Positions 1-13,251 are shown, counted from the first letter of the whole stretch. The stretch is DNA of 63,764 nt, filler included, from Basidioascus undulatus (GCA_000826855.1; 6 parts of 6 records of this genome joined end to end with filler, not necessarily neighbours in it); one strand, 5' to 3'. Program-made: numbers and translations. The notes: generated by a model not told the origin, from the letters alone.

Positions 1-753
1 AGGGGCCGGGGGAGAAGAGGGCGACGGAGGGGAGGGCGGGGGAGGGGTGCGCGGCGTCGCCTGTATGGTTGGTCGAGTGTCAATAAGAAAAGTCTGGAAA
101 TGTGTGCGGCGAGGAAGACAAAGGGAACAAGCGCCTACCGCCTACGCTGGACCCGATGAGACGGAAACACTCGACGGCCTCCTCGGGCGTGAGCGGGCGG
201 CTGCCCTTCTCGCGGAAGAAGGCGGCGAGGAGCTCGTTCGTGTGCTTGGGGCTCGTCCTACTCGTGCTGGGGAAGGCGCGCGGGGGCGTCGCTGCTTGAG
301 TCGCGGCGGCTTGGAGCTGTGGTGGGTGTGGGTAGGTGTGTCAGTCCAGATGGCGATGGGGTGGGGGAGACGAAGGGCAGGTCAACGCACCGTTCGACCG
401 CGCTCAGCAAGCGCATCGGCCGGGCTCGCGTCCCTCTGCTGTTGCTCATGCTCATCGCGCCAGTCGAGCAGTCCCTCCGGCTCATTCTGGTCCTCCCCAC
501 CGTCCCTAACATCGTCCTCGGCGTCCATCCCAGTCTCAGCACCCAGACCTAGCGCTTGTTCCTCGTCTTCCTCCTCCTGCTTGACAGGCGTCGCAGCGCG
601 CTTGAACGGGCTGGCGATGTAGCTGAGGATGCCGCGGAGACCGGAGGAGGGCGAGGGCGAGGGGGTGTGGTCGCGGCGCGGGGTGCGGGAGGGGGTCTTT
701 GTGTAGGGCGAGGCGGACGCGCGCGGGGTGCGCGTGCGCGGGGTGCGGTCCAT
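1..753 (-). CDS. NUP60: Nup60-like nuclear basket nucleoporin, 3' partial
   Basis: ATG at 753 (MDRTPRTRTPRASASPY..GILSYIASPFKR). A GTGCGT..CTGAC..CAG intron leads into exon 2 encoding NELLAAFFREKGSRPLTPEEAVECFRLI, which resembles the conserved fungal Nup60 helical motif. Runs off the window start. Confidence 0.55.
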
Positions 754-1041
754 CGTAGGCGACGGCGGCAGCCGTAGTGCTGGTGGTGATGGTGGCGCTG
801 TGGAAAGAGAGGGTGTGAGTGTTGAGGGTGAGCGAGTGAAAGGCAGGCCAGAGGCGATGAGCGAAAGTCATGACCGTAACGCTCGGCCGCCATTCGCCGA
901 GGGAAGCGCTCTCGCCTAGCAACTGGCTCACCCTCACCAATACCACCACACTCCTCCCAGCGTACATCTCATTCAAACTCACAATCTGCACGATAAATTC
1001 ACGCTTACTGATTATTCTGCCTTGGAATCCACCACAGAGCC

Positions 1042-1866
1042 ATGTCCGACGCCCCTGCCTCCACCCCCGCGCCCTCGGGCTCGCAGTTCGTCGCAAAGCA
1101 CCCGGGCGACTACCCGCTCATCGACGCAGACCCGCACTTCTCCCGCGTAGTCCGCTACATGCGCCCCTCTGACTACGCCACATGGGCTGCCCTCGGCGCT
1201 GCCACCCCCGCAGCCCTCGCCGCCTGGCGTGCGTTCCGTCCTTCCCCTCCCCCCTCCCTGCCTCCCTCCCTACCCCCCTTCTCCCCCTCCCATCTTCCCC
1301 TCTTTAACTGACTCCTCTCCTTCCCTCCCCGCAATCAGAGACGATGGACCCTGTTCCCGTGCGCAACCTCCGCCCCGCGCTCAAGGTCGCCGCCTTCCTC
1401 GGCCTCTCGGCCGGCTTCCTCCTCGCGTACCAGCGCTCGACCCAGCGCTTCTGGGGCTGGCGCGAGAACGCGCCCGAGGTCGCGCGTGACATCGAGGAGC
1501 TCTCCCAGCGCGCCCGCGAGGGCAAGCCCCTCTACGGCGAGAGCGAGATCTCCCCGTACCTGCAGGGCGTCGCACACCGCAACTCGGCCTTTAGCCAGCT
1601 CAAGTTCTGTGAGTCGGGGTCGTGGGCGTGGAAGCCGGTGCGTGAGGGTTTAGAGACTTATTTGGGGTGGACTGGGGGTGGATGATAGCTGCGATTCCCT
1701 GGTGGGTCTCCACATCCCCGTGCACTCTCATCGCACTTCCCCCTCTAACCGCACCACGTCTTCTCGTATATTCCTTCTTCCCCGCAGGTTCAACTTTGTG
1801 AACCACCCCAACCACGGCGTCGACACCTCCAAGTACTACGAGTCGGCCAAGGCCGAGTCGTCCTGA
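1042..1866 (+). CDS. NUXM: NADH-ubiquinone oxidoreductase 21 kDa subunit (complex I accessory subunit), 4 exons
   Basis: Motifs DYPLIDADPHFSRVVRYMRPSDY, AYQRSTQRFWGWREN and GKPLYGES; spliced C-terminus SQLKFSAIPWFNFVNHPNHGVDTSKYY. Exons 1042-1228, 1339-1608, 1689-1701, 1788-1866. Confidence 0.93.
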
Positions 1867-2464
1867 GTTTGTGGGGGGGTCTGGGTCGGGGGAGGAGAGC
1901 GCCATGGGAGTGTGGAGGTGCACAGACGCAGGAGGGAGGAGGAGGGACATGGACAGATTAGAATACGAGGCAAAGAGAAGCATGGGTCTGGCTTGGTCTG
2001 GTGCTCGGCAACCTCGAAGTGCTTCTGTGGCTTCTCTTCCAGCAACCGTGTGACGGCAGCTAGAAGGCGTTGGGAGCCTGGGGGCGGGATCAAGCGTGTA
2101 GCTTCGGAAGCGCTGCCTGCCTGCCTCGCAACTTTTAGCTCTCCCTCTTCTGCAGAAGCTCTTTCTCATCTCATCTGTTGTCAATTCTCCTCTTCTCAGT
2201 ACCAATGCGTAAAAGTATGCTTTTCACATTGAGCAAGTACATCTTAGTAGCCGCCCACCTCGCCAGCCGAGCCAGCGCCAAGCGTCTTCGCACCGCGCCC
2301 TGGCCTTCTCTCCTTCTCTCCTCGCCTCCGCCTGCGTTCTCTACCATGCCTCACCCACTCACTTGCACGGCACTAACAAGATCCTCCCCAACCTCAAAGC
2401 ACTATCCTCCCTCGAACCTCTTATCACACACGCTCATTTCAACAGCATTGTTCGAGACTGAATC

Positions 2465-3893
2465 ATGGGTCTCCTCGCCCCCCTCCGGCGCAACCCCCTC
2501 ACAGCGCTCCTCCTCCCCTCTCTCCTGCTCGCGGCCTTCCTCCTCTTCTACGAGCCCTCGAGCCCACATGTGCCCCTCGAGCAGGGGGCGCCGAGACCTG
2601 TCCGTTGGGTCCTCCCACTCATCGGCGAAAGGGGAGCTGACGTTTGTATGGGAAGCAGACTGGGTCTGAATCGGATTTGCCGGGGAGATACGTTTACACT
2701 GTATTTCTTTATAAAGTTACTTTGAGCTGTCATGGATGCTGATATTTCTGTGTTGAGGACAGTCGGTCAAGAACTACTTCAAGTACACCTCGCCTCGGCT
2801 CTCTGCCGCAGACACGCCCCACGTGCGCCGTTCCTTCCATCATTTCTCTCCCGTACAAAGCGACACTTAGGTGCTGAACAAACAGTGGGAAGGTACAGGT
2901 TCTCGAGAACTTTGGGCTCCTCGATGGCAGCCTGCGGAGGTGGCACTTCTTCCGCGTGGCGATGAACGGTCCGCAGCGTTTTCATTCTCCTCTTTCTCCC
3001 TCCCAAATATCCCAAACCTCTAACAAAATTATGTGTAAGAAATACCAGACCTCAGAAAGTCCGCCCCGCCCGGAACATCCTACAAGCTCCTCTACCTTCT
3101 CTCCTCGCCCTCCTCCTCGTCCTCCACCACCTCCTCACGTACCTTGCCCCTTCCATCCCGCTCCTCCATCCCCTCCCTTCTCCCCAACCTTCCCAGACTA
3201 ACCATTTCGACCCCACCAGTCCTCGAACCCCTCGCCTCAGCCTGGCGCGCCGAGCTCAAAGCAGGCGTGCCCAGCCCCGCGGCCTTCTACGCGTCCCCGT
3301 CGCCCGGGGCGGGGCGCGCGATGCGGGAGGTGTTTGGGGAGGTGCTGAGGCGGAAGGAGAGGAGTGGGGTGCGGGGGGTATTTTTGCATGTGCGTGTTCT
3401 TTCTCTCTCTTTGCCCCTCTTCTTGTTCCTCCTTTCACGTTTTCGAGCAATCGCTGAATTAAGGTGAAACAGAACCTGCACGGTACCCACTCTGCGGAAG
3501 GCGCGTCGAAGGAGAAGCTGCAGGCGCTTTTCCCGGGGTTTGCGTTTGGGGAGGGCTTCCCTGAGGGTGAGGTGGATGGAGGAAGGGGGACGGAGGGGGA
3601 GACGGAGAGTGAGCGCGAGCTGCGCGTGCGCGAGGCGCTGGATACCATTTGGGAGGGCGATGCGAGCCACTGTGCGTTTCCTCCATCCTTCCTATCAAGC
3701 AAACGCAGGGGAAAGAAGGGATGGAGATTCCAGGGAGAAGAGACTGATGGGTGGGCTGGACCGAGCAGACGGCGCGATCGTAGTGGAGAGGGACGTGCTG
3801 AACAGCCTGTTGAAGGTTATGGGGCACCGGAGTTGGGATTGGAAGGACGGGCAGATGGTCCCTGTGCTTTTGAAGGGGAAGAAGATCCATTGA
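2465..3893 (+). CDS. PMU1-like histidine phosphatase/phosphoglycerate mutase superfamily protein with N-terminal signal anchor, divergent
   Basis: Hydrophobic N-terminus MGLLAPLRRNPLTALLLPSLLLAAFLLFY. Segments FYASP, LFPGFAFGEGFPE, ETESERELRVREALDTIWEGD and NSLLKVMGHRSWDWKDGQMVPVLLK occur in the order of PMU1-family motifs. Several small exons; exact structure uncertain. Confidence 0.55.
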
Positions 3894-4156
3894 GCGCGAT
3901 GGGCGGATGGGGTGGCAAGGTTTTATATGGACGAACAAGGTGACTGCGAAGTGTGCGGACTGTCTGGGCTGTTAGAGGGACGTTGCCGCCGCTGGGTCGT
4001 TCTTTCACTGGGTGCAGTCGTGAAGTGATCAGGCAACTGCGCGGCTTCACCCAACGGTCTTCTGCAGCGCACTACTCTGGTATCATTCACGCAAGAAACC
4101 ATCCACCAGCCACACGCTTATCTCCCTCCCATTTCTCTCTCCTCTCCCTCGCCCAA

Positions 4157-6064
4157 TCAGCTCTTCAGCGCATCCCTCTCCCTCTCCCTCTCCGCATCTG
4201 CCCTTCCGGCCCCACCGACGACGAGCACCGCAATCGCCGCGGCGGCGAGCGCGAGCGCGCCGCTGCACCCGCCCAGGATCGCATCCCGGTTGGACTCGAT
4301 GCCGGAGAGGAGCGCGAAGACGACGAGGACGTTGTACGGGATGCGGAGGAGCGCGGCGTACTGGTTTGAGAAGGCGGAGGGTTGAGCAAGCGGGAAGGGA
4401 AGGGGGGGTAAGGAGGACAACAGATGGGGGAGAGGACGCACAGTTGCGCGGGAGGATTCGGGGAGGATTATCGAGCGCAGACTGTGAGACGCATGGGTGA
4501 GCGCAGCCACTAAGAATAAGAAATGAAGTAAGGAAGTAAGGACGCACGCGCCCATTACAGGATAGTAGACCCCGACGGTCCCCTCGAACGCGCAGAAGCT
4601 CCACAGGCGACCCGCGAGCCCCTGTGCGCGCACACTCGAAGCGAGCGCAACTCCCGCAAGGGAGAGCGTGCACGCGCAGAGCTTTCCGTTGAGCATGAGG
4701 GGCGCGTGGTTCGTGTGCAGGCGCGAGGTGGGCGACGTCAGGTGCGAGTAGAGGAGGGAGCCGAGCATCCTGAGTGTGAGGAATGTGTTTATTATGACAA
4801 ACTGGAGGTAATGGGAGGTTGCGAGGGAGGGGAAATGGAACGGACATGGAGAGCATGAAGGAGGAGAAGATGATGCCGTGCGGGAGCGTGGAGGTCGCGG
4901 GCGTCAAAGGCGGACGGGAGACGGCGTCCATGGCTGGGACCCAGAGGAAGACCATCTGGAGTGGGAGCGATAGGGTTTGAGCAGGCGATTAAGTAAAGGG
5001 GGTGGCTAGAAAGGAAGGCACGCACGAGGTACATGGACGTTTCGTATGCGGATTGCGCCAGCGCCAGAGCAAAGAGCGAGCGGTCTGTCAACTTGAAATG
5101 CGTAAGCGTCACAAGATTAAACCTTAGAGATACATTCAACGATGTCTTACTCGACATGAGCGACTTCACAGCGTCAAGCATGCTCGGACCGTTCTCCGCA
5201 GCGCGTCCGCTCTCCTTCACCTCTTGCCCTCCGCCCTTGTTTTCCTCCCACGTGCGGCCCATAAACACTCCAGCAGCAACGCACATCGCGGCGCTTGCAA
5301 CGAACGGGGCCTTGTACGTCCCCGAGTACTGTACGAGTCCCTCGGTCGCGAGGCCCGAGAGCACGGCGACGAGCGCGTTCGCGACGGTGCAGCGCCCGAG
5401 GAGGAGCGAGATCTCGGAGTCCTGCAGGTGCACTGCATGCGCGGACGAGACGAGCCAGGACTCGAAGACGGAGAAGAGAACGCTCGTTGCTATGCCGCCG
5501 AGGATGCGGGAGACGAGGAGAAGCGGGTAGAATGGGAAGAGGATGAGGAGCGAGGAGAGCGCGGAGAGGAGCGCGAACGTCTGGCAGAGACGCTTGCGGC
5601 CGCTAGGTGAAGCTGGGAGTGAGCATCGGTGGTCGGTGTAGGGGAGAAGAGAGACGCAACTGGCTGTCGGCAAAGCGCCCGACGAAAGGCGACGAGACTG
5701 CGGCTGATGCGAATCCCAAAACAAAGAGGAAGGCAGTCTGCTCGGCAGAAAGATGATGCTCGGATCGGTAAAGGGTGTAGATCGCCGGGCCTTGGAGCCA
5801 GTCGGAGGCTGCGGGCATTTGAAGAGTGGAAGTGTCTCAGCTCAACAGTACTCTGAGGGAGAGAAGGCGAAGCGGCAACAGACCCGTGACGAGGATGTAA
5901 ACGACAATATACTTGCGCCAGAGCCGGCCGTACTCGGTTGGCCCGCCCGTGAGTGCTGAGGATAGAGAGGCCTTCGATTGTCTCCATGAGAGCAAGGACA
6001 GCCCGAGCGTGAAGCCGCCCAAGGCGTAGAGCTGGCCGAGGAAGAACGGCCGGGTGGAGGACAT
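4157..6064 (-). CDS. MFS_5 (MOT2/MFSD5, DUF791) molybdate-anion transporter-like protein
   Basis: Motifs ASDWLQGPAIYTLY, FVGRFAD-HGRK, SRILGGIATSVLFSVFESWLVS, MVFLWVP, HGIIFSSFMLSMMLGS, FEGTVGVYYP and LRIPYNVLVV; multi-exon; TGA at 4157-4159. Confidence 0.88.
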
Positions 6065-6629
6065 GGCGGTGGGCCCGGGTGAAGCGGGTGGGACCTCTCG
6101 AAGAGGTCGAATAGACGATTCGATTTGTGTAAAGTTGTGCGAATGATGTAGCGTTAAAATAGAGGAGAGGATGAGAAGCGGTTGTTAGTGTGGTTGTTGC
6201 GGTGAACGCTGGGACAAACGATATGAAGGAAGGGAGGAGAGCGTCAACCGGAGCCGGTCTTTTGCGCAGCTCCGGCGCTTGGACCAAGGTGCTTGGGCTG
6301 CTTCGCAACGGCGAGACCGAGCTTATAGCTGCTGCGCGCATTGTGTTGCCTATCACAACCATCCCTTGGAGGAGAACGCGTAAAAGCCAAGTCGAAGGAA
6401 CCTTCACCATACAGCAGGTCCATGAGCTTCACGCTTCGTTTCAGGTCCACCCGATACGAAACCCGATGCTACAATTACAGGAGTCAACACGATCATGAGC
6501 CACAAAAGTAAGAACCAGCCTTCAGACTAATGTAATTCCTTGATAAGGGTGGTGTGAACGCTACCCTGCAATGGCTGTACCTGCAGAGCTTGGCCGACAG
6601 CGGTTGCCCGTGCGTAACCGGGCGATTGC

Positions 6630-6729
6630 NNNNNNNNNNNNNNNNNNNNNNNNNNNNNNNNNNNNNNNNNNNNTTAATTAATTAANNNNNNNNNNNNNNN
6701 NNNNNNNNNNNNNNNNNNNNNNNNNNNNN
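6630..6729. other. Artificial contig-joining spacer
   Basis: 44 N + TTAATTAATTAA (stops in all six frames) + 44 N. Confidence 0.99.
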
Positions 6730-7510
6730 GGGGAGGGGGTTGGGTTGTGGGTGGGAAGAGGAGGGGTCGGGCTGCGCGGTGGGAGGAGGGTCAATACAGG
6801 AGAGGGAGGAGAGAGGGGGGAGGAGGGGAGACGTACACTGTCGTAAGGCTGTTTGGGTTGGTCTGATTTGGAGGAGGCGGAGGGGGAACGGTGGTGGTGG
6901 TCTAGCGCTGGTGCCGCCTCGCCCTTCTCCGCCGCCTCCACGCAAGTCTTCTCGCTCGACACGCTCCCGCGATCGCGCTCCCTGGAGCGGGGAGCCGACT
7001 GCGACCGCCCGGCTCCGTTCCCGCTGACGCGCCGGCGCTGGCGCTGGGCGGCGTACCGGCGCGTGCAGAGGAACATGACAATGCAGACGACGAGGACGAC
7101 GACGCCTGCGACGATCCCCGCAGCGACGGGGGCGCTCGCGGGGCGGTCGGAGGAGGATTCGGAGGGTGCGGGATCGGAGGCGGTGGGGGAGGAGGGGGAA
7201 GAGGACAGGGAGGAGCAGATGAGGTGCATCCCTTCTGAGGGGGCGTCGGAGCTGGGAGAGGGAGGGACAGGGGAGAGCGTGGGTGTGCGGAGGAAGGGGA
7301 GGAGGAAACGCACCAGTGCACCTCCGCTTCGTCCCCCGCTGGTGGCTCCTGCCTCCGCTGTAGTGGGCGCGGGCGCAGCACCATCGGAGAGGGTGCGGGT
7401 GTGGGAGCCGGGGCGGCGAGGCCGAGGGAGGGGCCGGCGATGAGCGCGAGGAGGGAGAGGAGCGCCGCGGAGGGCGCGGGGAGGTGGGGGCGGCCGCGGC
7501 GGGGGGGCAT
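6730..7510 (-). CDS. Type I single-pass membrane protein (signal peptide, Ser/Pro-rich stalk, one TM), 3' partial
   Basis: MPPRRGRPHLPAPSAALLSLLALIAGPSLGLAAP; TM VAAGIVAGVVVLVVCIVMFLC followed by basic TRRYAAQRQRRR; truncated at the spacer. Confidence 0.65.
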
Positions 7511-10500
7511 GCTGGCTAGTAGTGGTGGGATGGAAGGTGGCTCGGGTGTGTGGGCGGTGTGTTGGTCCTCGGAGGGAGGGAGATCGCCAGAGCGAGGGGC
7601 AGTGCGAGGGAGGGGGGCGCGCCACCGCTTCGTCGCCCTGAGATAGTGTACGGGCTGGGGAGAACGGCGTGTGGGACGGGGGAGGGGGTTCGTTATGAGG
7701 GTGATAAATGTGCGGAGAGCAAGACGACGAGAGCGACGAGCGACTTCGAGCGACGGCAGGCCGACTCCCAAGGCTCGCTCGGCGTGCACCGTCAGAATCC
7801 CAAGGCTCGAAAGTCGCACCCGCCCCGGCCAAGCGGCGCTCGAGAGTTCTTGGGCGCGTTAAGCCTGCGTACCTTGATTCACGGCGCTATTAGCAGGCCT
7901 AGTAAGGGGCTTAGGGTAGCATGCATTCGAAAAAACGTAAGAGCAGAGCGCCCAGCCAAGCCAGGCGGCTTGGCGGGCCACTACGACGAATGCTCGCGCT
8001 TTCTCGCTGGCTCGCCCACGCGCGGAAGGGGAGCAAGCTGAGTGTGCGGCGGAAAGTACAAGATTGTATCCTGCGCTCCAGTGTTGTAGAGGAGGGAGAA
8101 GTGAGAAGCGTCGAGCAGCTTGAAATTGCAGGACTGCGAGCAGGTGAAAGAGCTTGGCAAAAGGCTGCGTGCCGCCGTGCCGATCATGGCAGAGCGATAG
8201 CCTCCGGCCGTTGACTTGCATGTGCTTCCGATGAGATTGCACCTGCTGTAGGCCGCTCACTGATTATCGCTAACCAGTCAGGGCTTCACACCTCCTCTTG
8301 GGTTCTCTCGAGAACAACAAATATGGTTCTCGTCACACAGCGCAAGTCCTGCAGCCTCGTGGACTCATTGCAATTGCTGAGCTCTAACCCTTCGTCTTGA
8401 GCTCGCTGCATCCTCCTGCACGATGATGCACCTCCCTCATGGATCCTCTTCCTCATTTCTGTCAAGTCATCGCGCCGGCCGGACAGTGACTCGATAGCTG
8501 GACTCCAAGGTGTCGTCACAGCGTCACAACCTGTCAATGTCCATCCTCGATCCCAGCCTCCTCTCGCTCCTCGGCGCACTGAGCCCAGCGGTAACAAGAC
8601 GACGCTAGTCCGCTCTATTGCCTCGACATCTTCGTTCCACATGGGCTTGACACTGCAGTATGTACGCTTGTCTTCATGTTTTTTGATCGAATGGGTGCGA
8701 AATGAGGTGCCCTTCGGGCTGCTTCGGGAGGCGGGGCGGGAGCCAAGCGGCCGAAGAGCGAGTAAAGTAGGTCAGGGGACAGGTGCGCTTGGCTAGTTTT
8801 CCGGGAGAGAATATAAAGCTTTGGTAGGTATCCGGAGGAAGAGGTTGTAGGACTGGCTGGAACAGTCGTTCCGGCAGGTTGCACAGCTCACCTGACAGAC
8901 GCGTTGCTCTGCAGCTGAGTTTGTTGCGTTAACAAGACCGACGGACAAACGAAAGATCTGCTTTTGGATTTCACCCGTGTGTTCTGGGTGACATTGAATG
9001 TATTGGCTCGACAATGCCATGCAGTCCAAGTTCGACGCCGAACCACAGGCAACGAGCGTTCGCTCCTTTGGCAGTCCCAGCTCCAAACTGCCAGCTCCAC
9101 CTCGCTAGACCACTTCGTTCCCCAAGTCCACCAAGCTAGCCCAAGTCGGCACTTGCTTCTAGTGCTCCCTTGAGATCTGAGGGGGGCACCAACACGGTGG
9201 CAGAGCAAGCCATGCTTGCGTGCTCTTGTCGTGCTGCTCGACAGCCTGAGGAAAGACGGCGGTATTGGCACAACTGGTCGGATTCTGTAGAATAATTCCT
9301 AGTACAGGTAAAGGGGAGGCCAGCCTTTGGAAGCTTCACAGCGTGTCGGGACGTCGAGCAATCTCCGTCATCGTCCGGCACTGTGGCTGAGGGTCATTCA
9401 CATATCGTGGCCGACCTGGGCGTACAGCATAATTCTGACAAATGATGTGGATTTGAGACGGTTAAGTGAGAAGAAGCTGCAGAAGACGAAATTCACATCC
9501 GGGATCTGCAGGCAGCCTGCGCAGCGCAAACTATTCCGGTTTCCGGGCCGCGTGCGATACCTCCCAGTGCTTTATCCTCGGAGAGAGCTTGGTATTTACG
9601 AGCAAATGGAAATTGTTATAAGTTAAGCATGCTTTTATGTTATACCGCAAGGCGATGCAGTTCCCGAACACAGCAGGGTCGATGTGGGAACAAGGCGTGC
9701 GTTTCTCTGGGTAGGGGGTGAACTGCGCCGATGGGCCATCAATCCCGGGTTGATCTTCCCTTTCTGGAGTTTTGCGTTTAGTCTAGTTGAGCATAATTTC
9801 TCCCCTGCACTGCTTGCCGCATTCGGATAAACACTCGTAAGAAAACTTGGTGAAGAGTCTCGGGTCGCCTGCGTATTGCATGCGTATCAATGCTCAAAGG
9901 AACCTGGAGGAGTCCGCCTGTCAAACTATTGAAGGCTTCATGGGCCCAAGTGCCTGCCGATCAGCCGTCGGGCATTGGTAGTTGGTTCCGAGCGACGCGT
10001 TGTTGTCGCGATGAGCTTTTCCAGGGTGCTGCCGCTCTCACACCTTTTTGCAGAACCAACAAGAGGTTCTCCGAAGTCCTCAAAAATTATTTGAGGAGAA
10101 TGATCCGAAATACCAGTCAACAAGCGCGTAATTTGCGTTATGCGGCGGTAGGCGGTAGACAGGGGCGGGGTGGCCTTGCACGAGTTGGGCTCGGCCAAGG
10201 GCATTCGTGCCGCCGTGCAGAGAAAGAAAGTAGGATGAGAGGGTTAATTTGAACATTAAATCTGAAAAAGTGAAGAACGTCCCACTCTTACACTGCAGTG
10301 CTTCATCCCCGGCACGAGGAACAGCCTGAAGTAGGGTGTGGTCGCGGGGTCGTGCACGTCGACAACCTACAATCCACCACCCTTTGCCAGTCGACAGAAG
10401 CATAGGCATGACTTGGTTTTGATGAACTCGATTGAGTATGCGCCAGGTGGGTTGTGAGGGGGTTCGACGGTTTAGGATCTGCGGGGTGAATGATGTGTTC

Positions 10501-10798
10501 GTAAGAAGGAGTCGATCTGGATCCGCTTATTAGAAGGAAACAAACTGGTGGTCCCGCATGCGCGAGCGAGGTTGCGATGCGACGCTCACACCGAGCCGTC
10601 GACCAGGAAGCACAGGAGGCAGGCGGAGGAGATTGTGGGCATCCAGATGGGGAGGATTTGTCCGAAGGTCGCGAGACCAGCACGCCGGTCAGTACGCCGG
10701 GGAGCAGCGCGTTAGCGTCAATCGTCGACGAGGGGGAGCCCGGCGAAGCAGAAGGGGAAGGGGAAGCAGAAGCAGACGTGCGCACTCCTCGCTCTGAA

Positions 10799-12339
10799 AT
10801 GCCCTGGAAGATTACTGCAGACCGTTTTGTCTGGGCAGCATTGATCTCTCTGAGCCTTTCCTTCAGGCGGTGACCGCATATGCCGGACTCTGCTCAACCT
10901 CTCCGTTGCAGTTGGAGGCGACCGGCTTCGTGCACGCGCAGACGCTAAATTTCGCCTCGCGCGGAAAGGTGGGCTTGACTTCAACTCGCATCACCGGCTG
11001 TTTCACAGGTCCGGTGGCTGGCTTTCGCTCCACGGTCGGCTCGGCAACGGCCTCTTCCTCCTCTCGCTCATTGCCTCGTACGCCGCCAGATCGGCCATCG
11101 TCCTACCCGGCTCACGCAGTGCCAAGGATGAGAACGATGATCTCCGAGTCACGGACGAGGCCGGTCTTCTCCTCATCTCCTTCGTTCCCCTTCTCGTCCT
11201 CGGCACTGCCATCACGCTTCACTCGCTCCTCGCCGCTGCCTGCTTCTTCCGCACGCCCGTCCTGACATGGAGCAGCTGCCCGCTCGCCGTCACTGCCTCC
11301 CTCTGCGACGCAGGGCTCGTCAAACGTACGCCTGGTCGGTGCATGCGCCCACTCACGGACAGTGGCGACGATTCGTCTCTACCTGTCAAACCTCGCACGC
11401 TACAGCTCCAGCTCTACACCGCCCACCCGAAGGCAGATACGGCCATTGTCATCTTGATCCTCTTCATCGGCACCACCTTCTGGGCTGCGTACATCAGCAT
11501 AGATTCCGCAAGAACGACCGCGCCCACGGCAAGTTCAATGCCAACCTCCTCCCCGGCAGCACCACGGCAGGTGTGATCATCATCCACCGGCGATGTTCCG
11601 CCGCCCGATATGCGCATCGGCCTCTGCCTCGTATCGTCCTCTAAGGCTTTGCCACGAACGGTCTCTCAGCTGCCGAGACGGTGACCAACCTCGCTCGGGA
11701 CGAGCAGCTCTGGCGCGCTGCCGCGGCAGCCAAGGGTGCCCGCCCGCCTTCGAACCGGCTCTTTATCGCCTTCAAGAGCTGGCCCAACTTCATTCTCTTC
11801 GCGGCCTATGGCATTCATTGGATCTTCGGGAAGCCGCTTGCGATCGGCGCCAACCTCGGCGTGGACATGCTGCCGGTGCAGGTGAGCAATATTGCGACTT
11901 CCTCTCAAAAGTTGGACGCTCAACCCTGCTCACCGTCGATCTTCCCGGTTACTTCAGCTCGGTATCTCACCGCCCCCCTTTTCCTCTTCGTCCTTTACTC
12001 GCTGTGCTACCTGGTCTGGCCCGTACACGGACCCCATGCCTTCCGCTTAAGGTCACATTCAAACACTGGCCAACCTGGTCGACAACTGGTCCGTCAAGAT
12101 GTGGTGGGGCGACAAGGGTGTCGGTCCCGACGGCGTCCTCCGCCATGCTGGTGCGCATCAAACCTTGCCCTTTTCCCGTCCGCGCCGAATGCCGTAAACT
12201 GATACCTTCCATGTCTTCCCTCTATCCCTCTCCTCCCCCGTTCCTTCACCACTGGATAGGCACTGCCGACTCCCACTTCGACCTCGGCAAGATCCAGATG
12301 GATGCGCTGTACGCGGGTGCCACGACCGCGGCGTCCTAG
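10799..12339 (+). pseudogene. Decayed fungal multi-pass membrane protein gene (GPxPxxYGHIQTLxxLVDxW..WGDKG..RHAGT family)
   Basis: Recognisable pieces AETVTNLARDEQLWR, HWIFG and GHIQTLANLVDNWSVKMWWGDKG..LRHAG lie in different frames. In-frame TAA at 12048-12050 where Tyr is expected; frameshift near 12035; early TGA near 10871. Start position approximate. Confidence 0.7.
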
Positions 12340-13251
12340 CATCGTCGGCTCCCGGGCTGTCTTCTTCTCTTACTTCCGCCATGGATTTTTCCCTTGTTTC
12401 TTTATACCTCTCCGTTTTGTAGCTCTACCTCTGGTATCATCGCATTCTTTCGCTGGCGCACTGCTCGTTGCTTGACTCGCCTGTCAGTGCAGCGTGCTGC
12501 GACGACCCGCCAAGTGGCTAGCCCAAACTGATTTGTGCTCAATTTGTGCTCCGGGGATGATTCTGATGAGACAAGATTCCAACTTCTTGGAGATATTATT
12601 AGAGAACGATAGTCCGTGTTGGCTGACGGAAGCGCTGCGGCTGGAAAGTTGGAAAGAGGTATGCTCTCCCTTCTTCCAGATGCCCAGTGCCAAAAGCAGA
12701 GCATATCAACTGGTAAAAACTTTCACTCAATCGACACTCGCTGCCGCCCTGCTGGATCAAGGATGAGCCTCAGCGAACCAGAGCGCTATTGCTACGCTAC
12801 GTCCCTTCCCTCCCTTCACCCGCTTGAAAGCTAAACTATGCTTGCCTCCCACTATTTCTCTGGCTTTAAAGATCCCTTAACGATAGATCTTGAAATGTTA
12901 CGAAATTCTCTTTACGACCCGTATCCTTGACATACTCGATTATAGTTTCATTTCACTTCTCGCCGAGCCACTTTTATGGGGTGGCTTGCGTCTAGCGCCT
13001 CAGCGTCTGTTGGCTCTGAAAGCGTGACTGCGCAGCGTTTCCGCGTCAGATGAAAAGGGAAATTGCGCATGGCCGTTCTTGAAGGCACTCGAGCTGATGG
13101 CAAGATATGGGGCAGTCGGGCAGCACAGCTGCAAGCTGCACGACGATCTCCTGGTGCCTGCACCAATCCCTCGCCTGTGCACAGCAATACTCGCCGTGAA
13201 TCCCCGACGTCCAAGCGTCCAGCGGCTCGCCTCAATCTCCCAGCCAGGCCA

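Noticed and set aside
6674..6685. TTAATTAATTAA recurring at roughly 6.7-kb spacing, looking like a periodic repeat or array
   Set aside because: Always embedded in exactly 44+44 N; it is a synthetic six-frame-stop linker.
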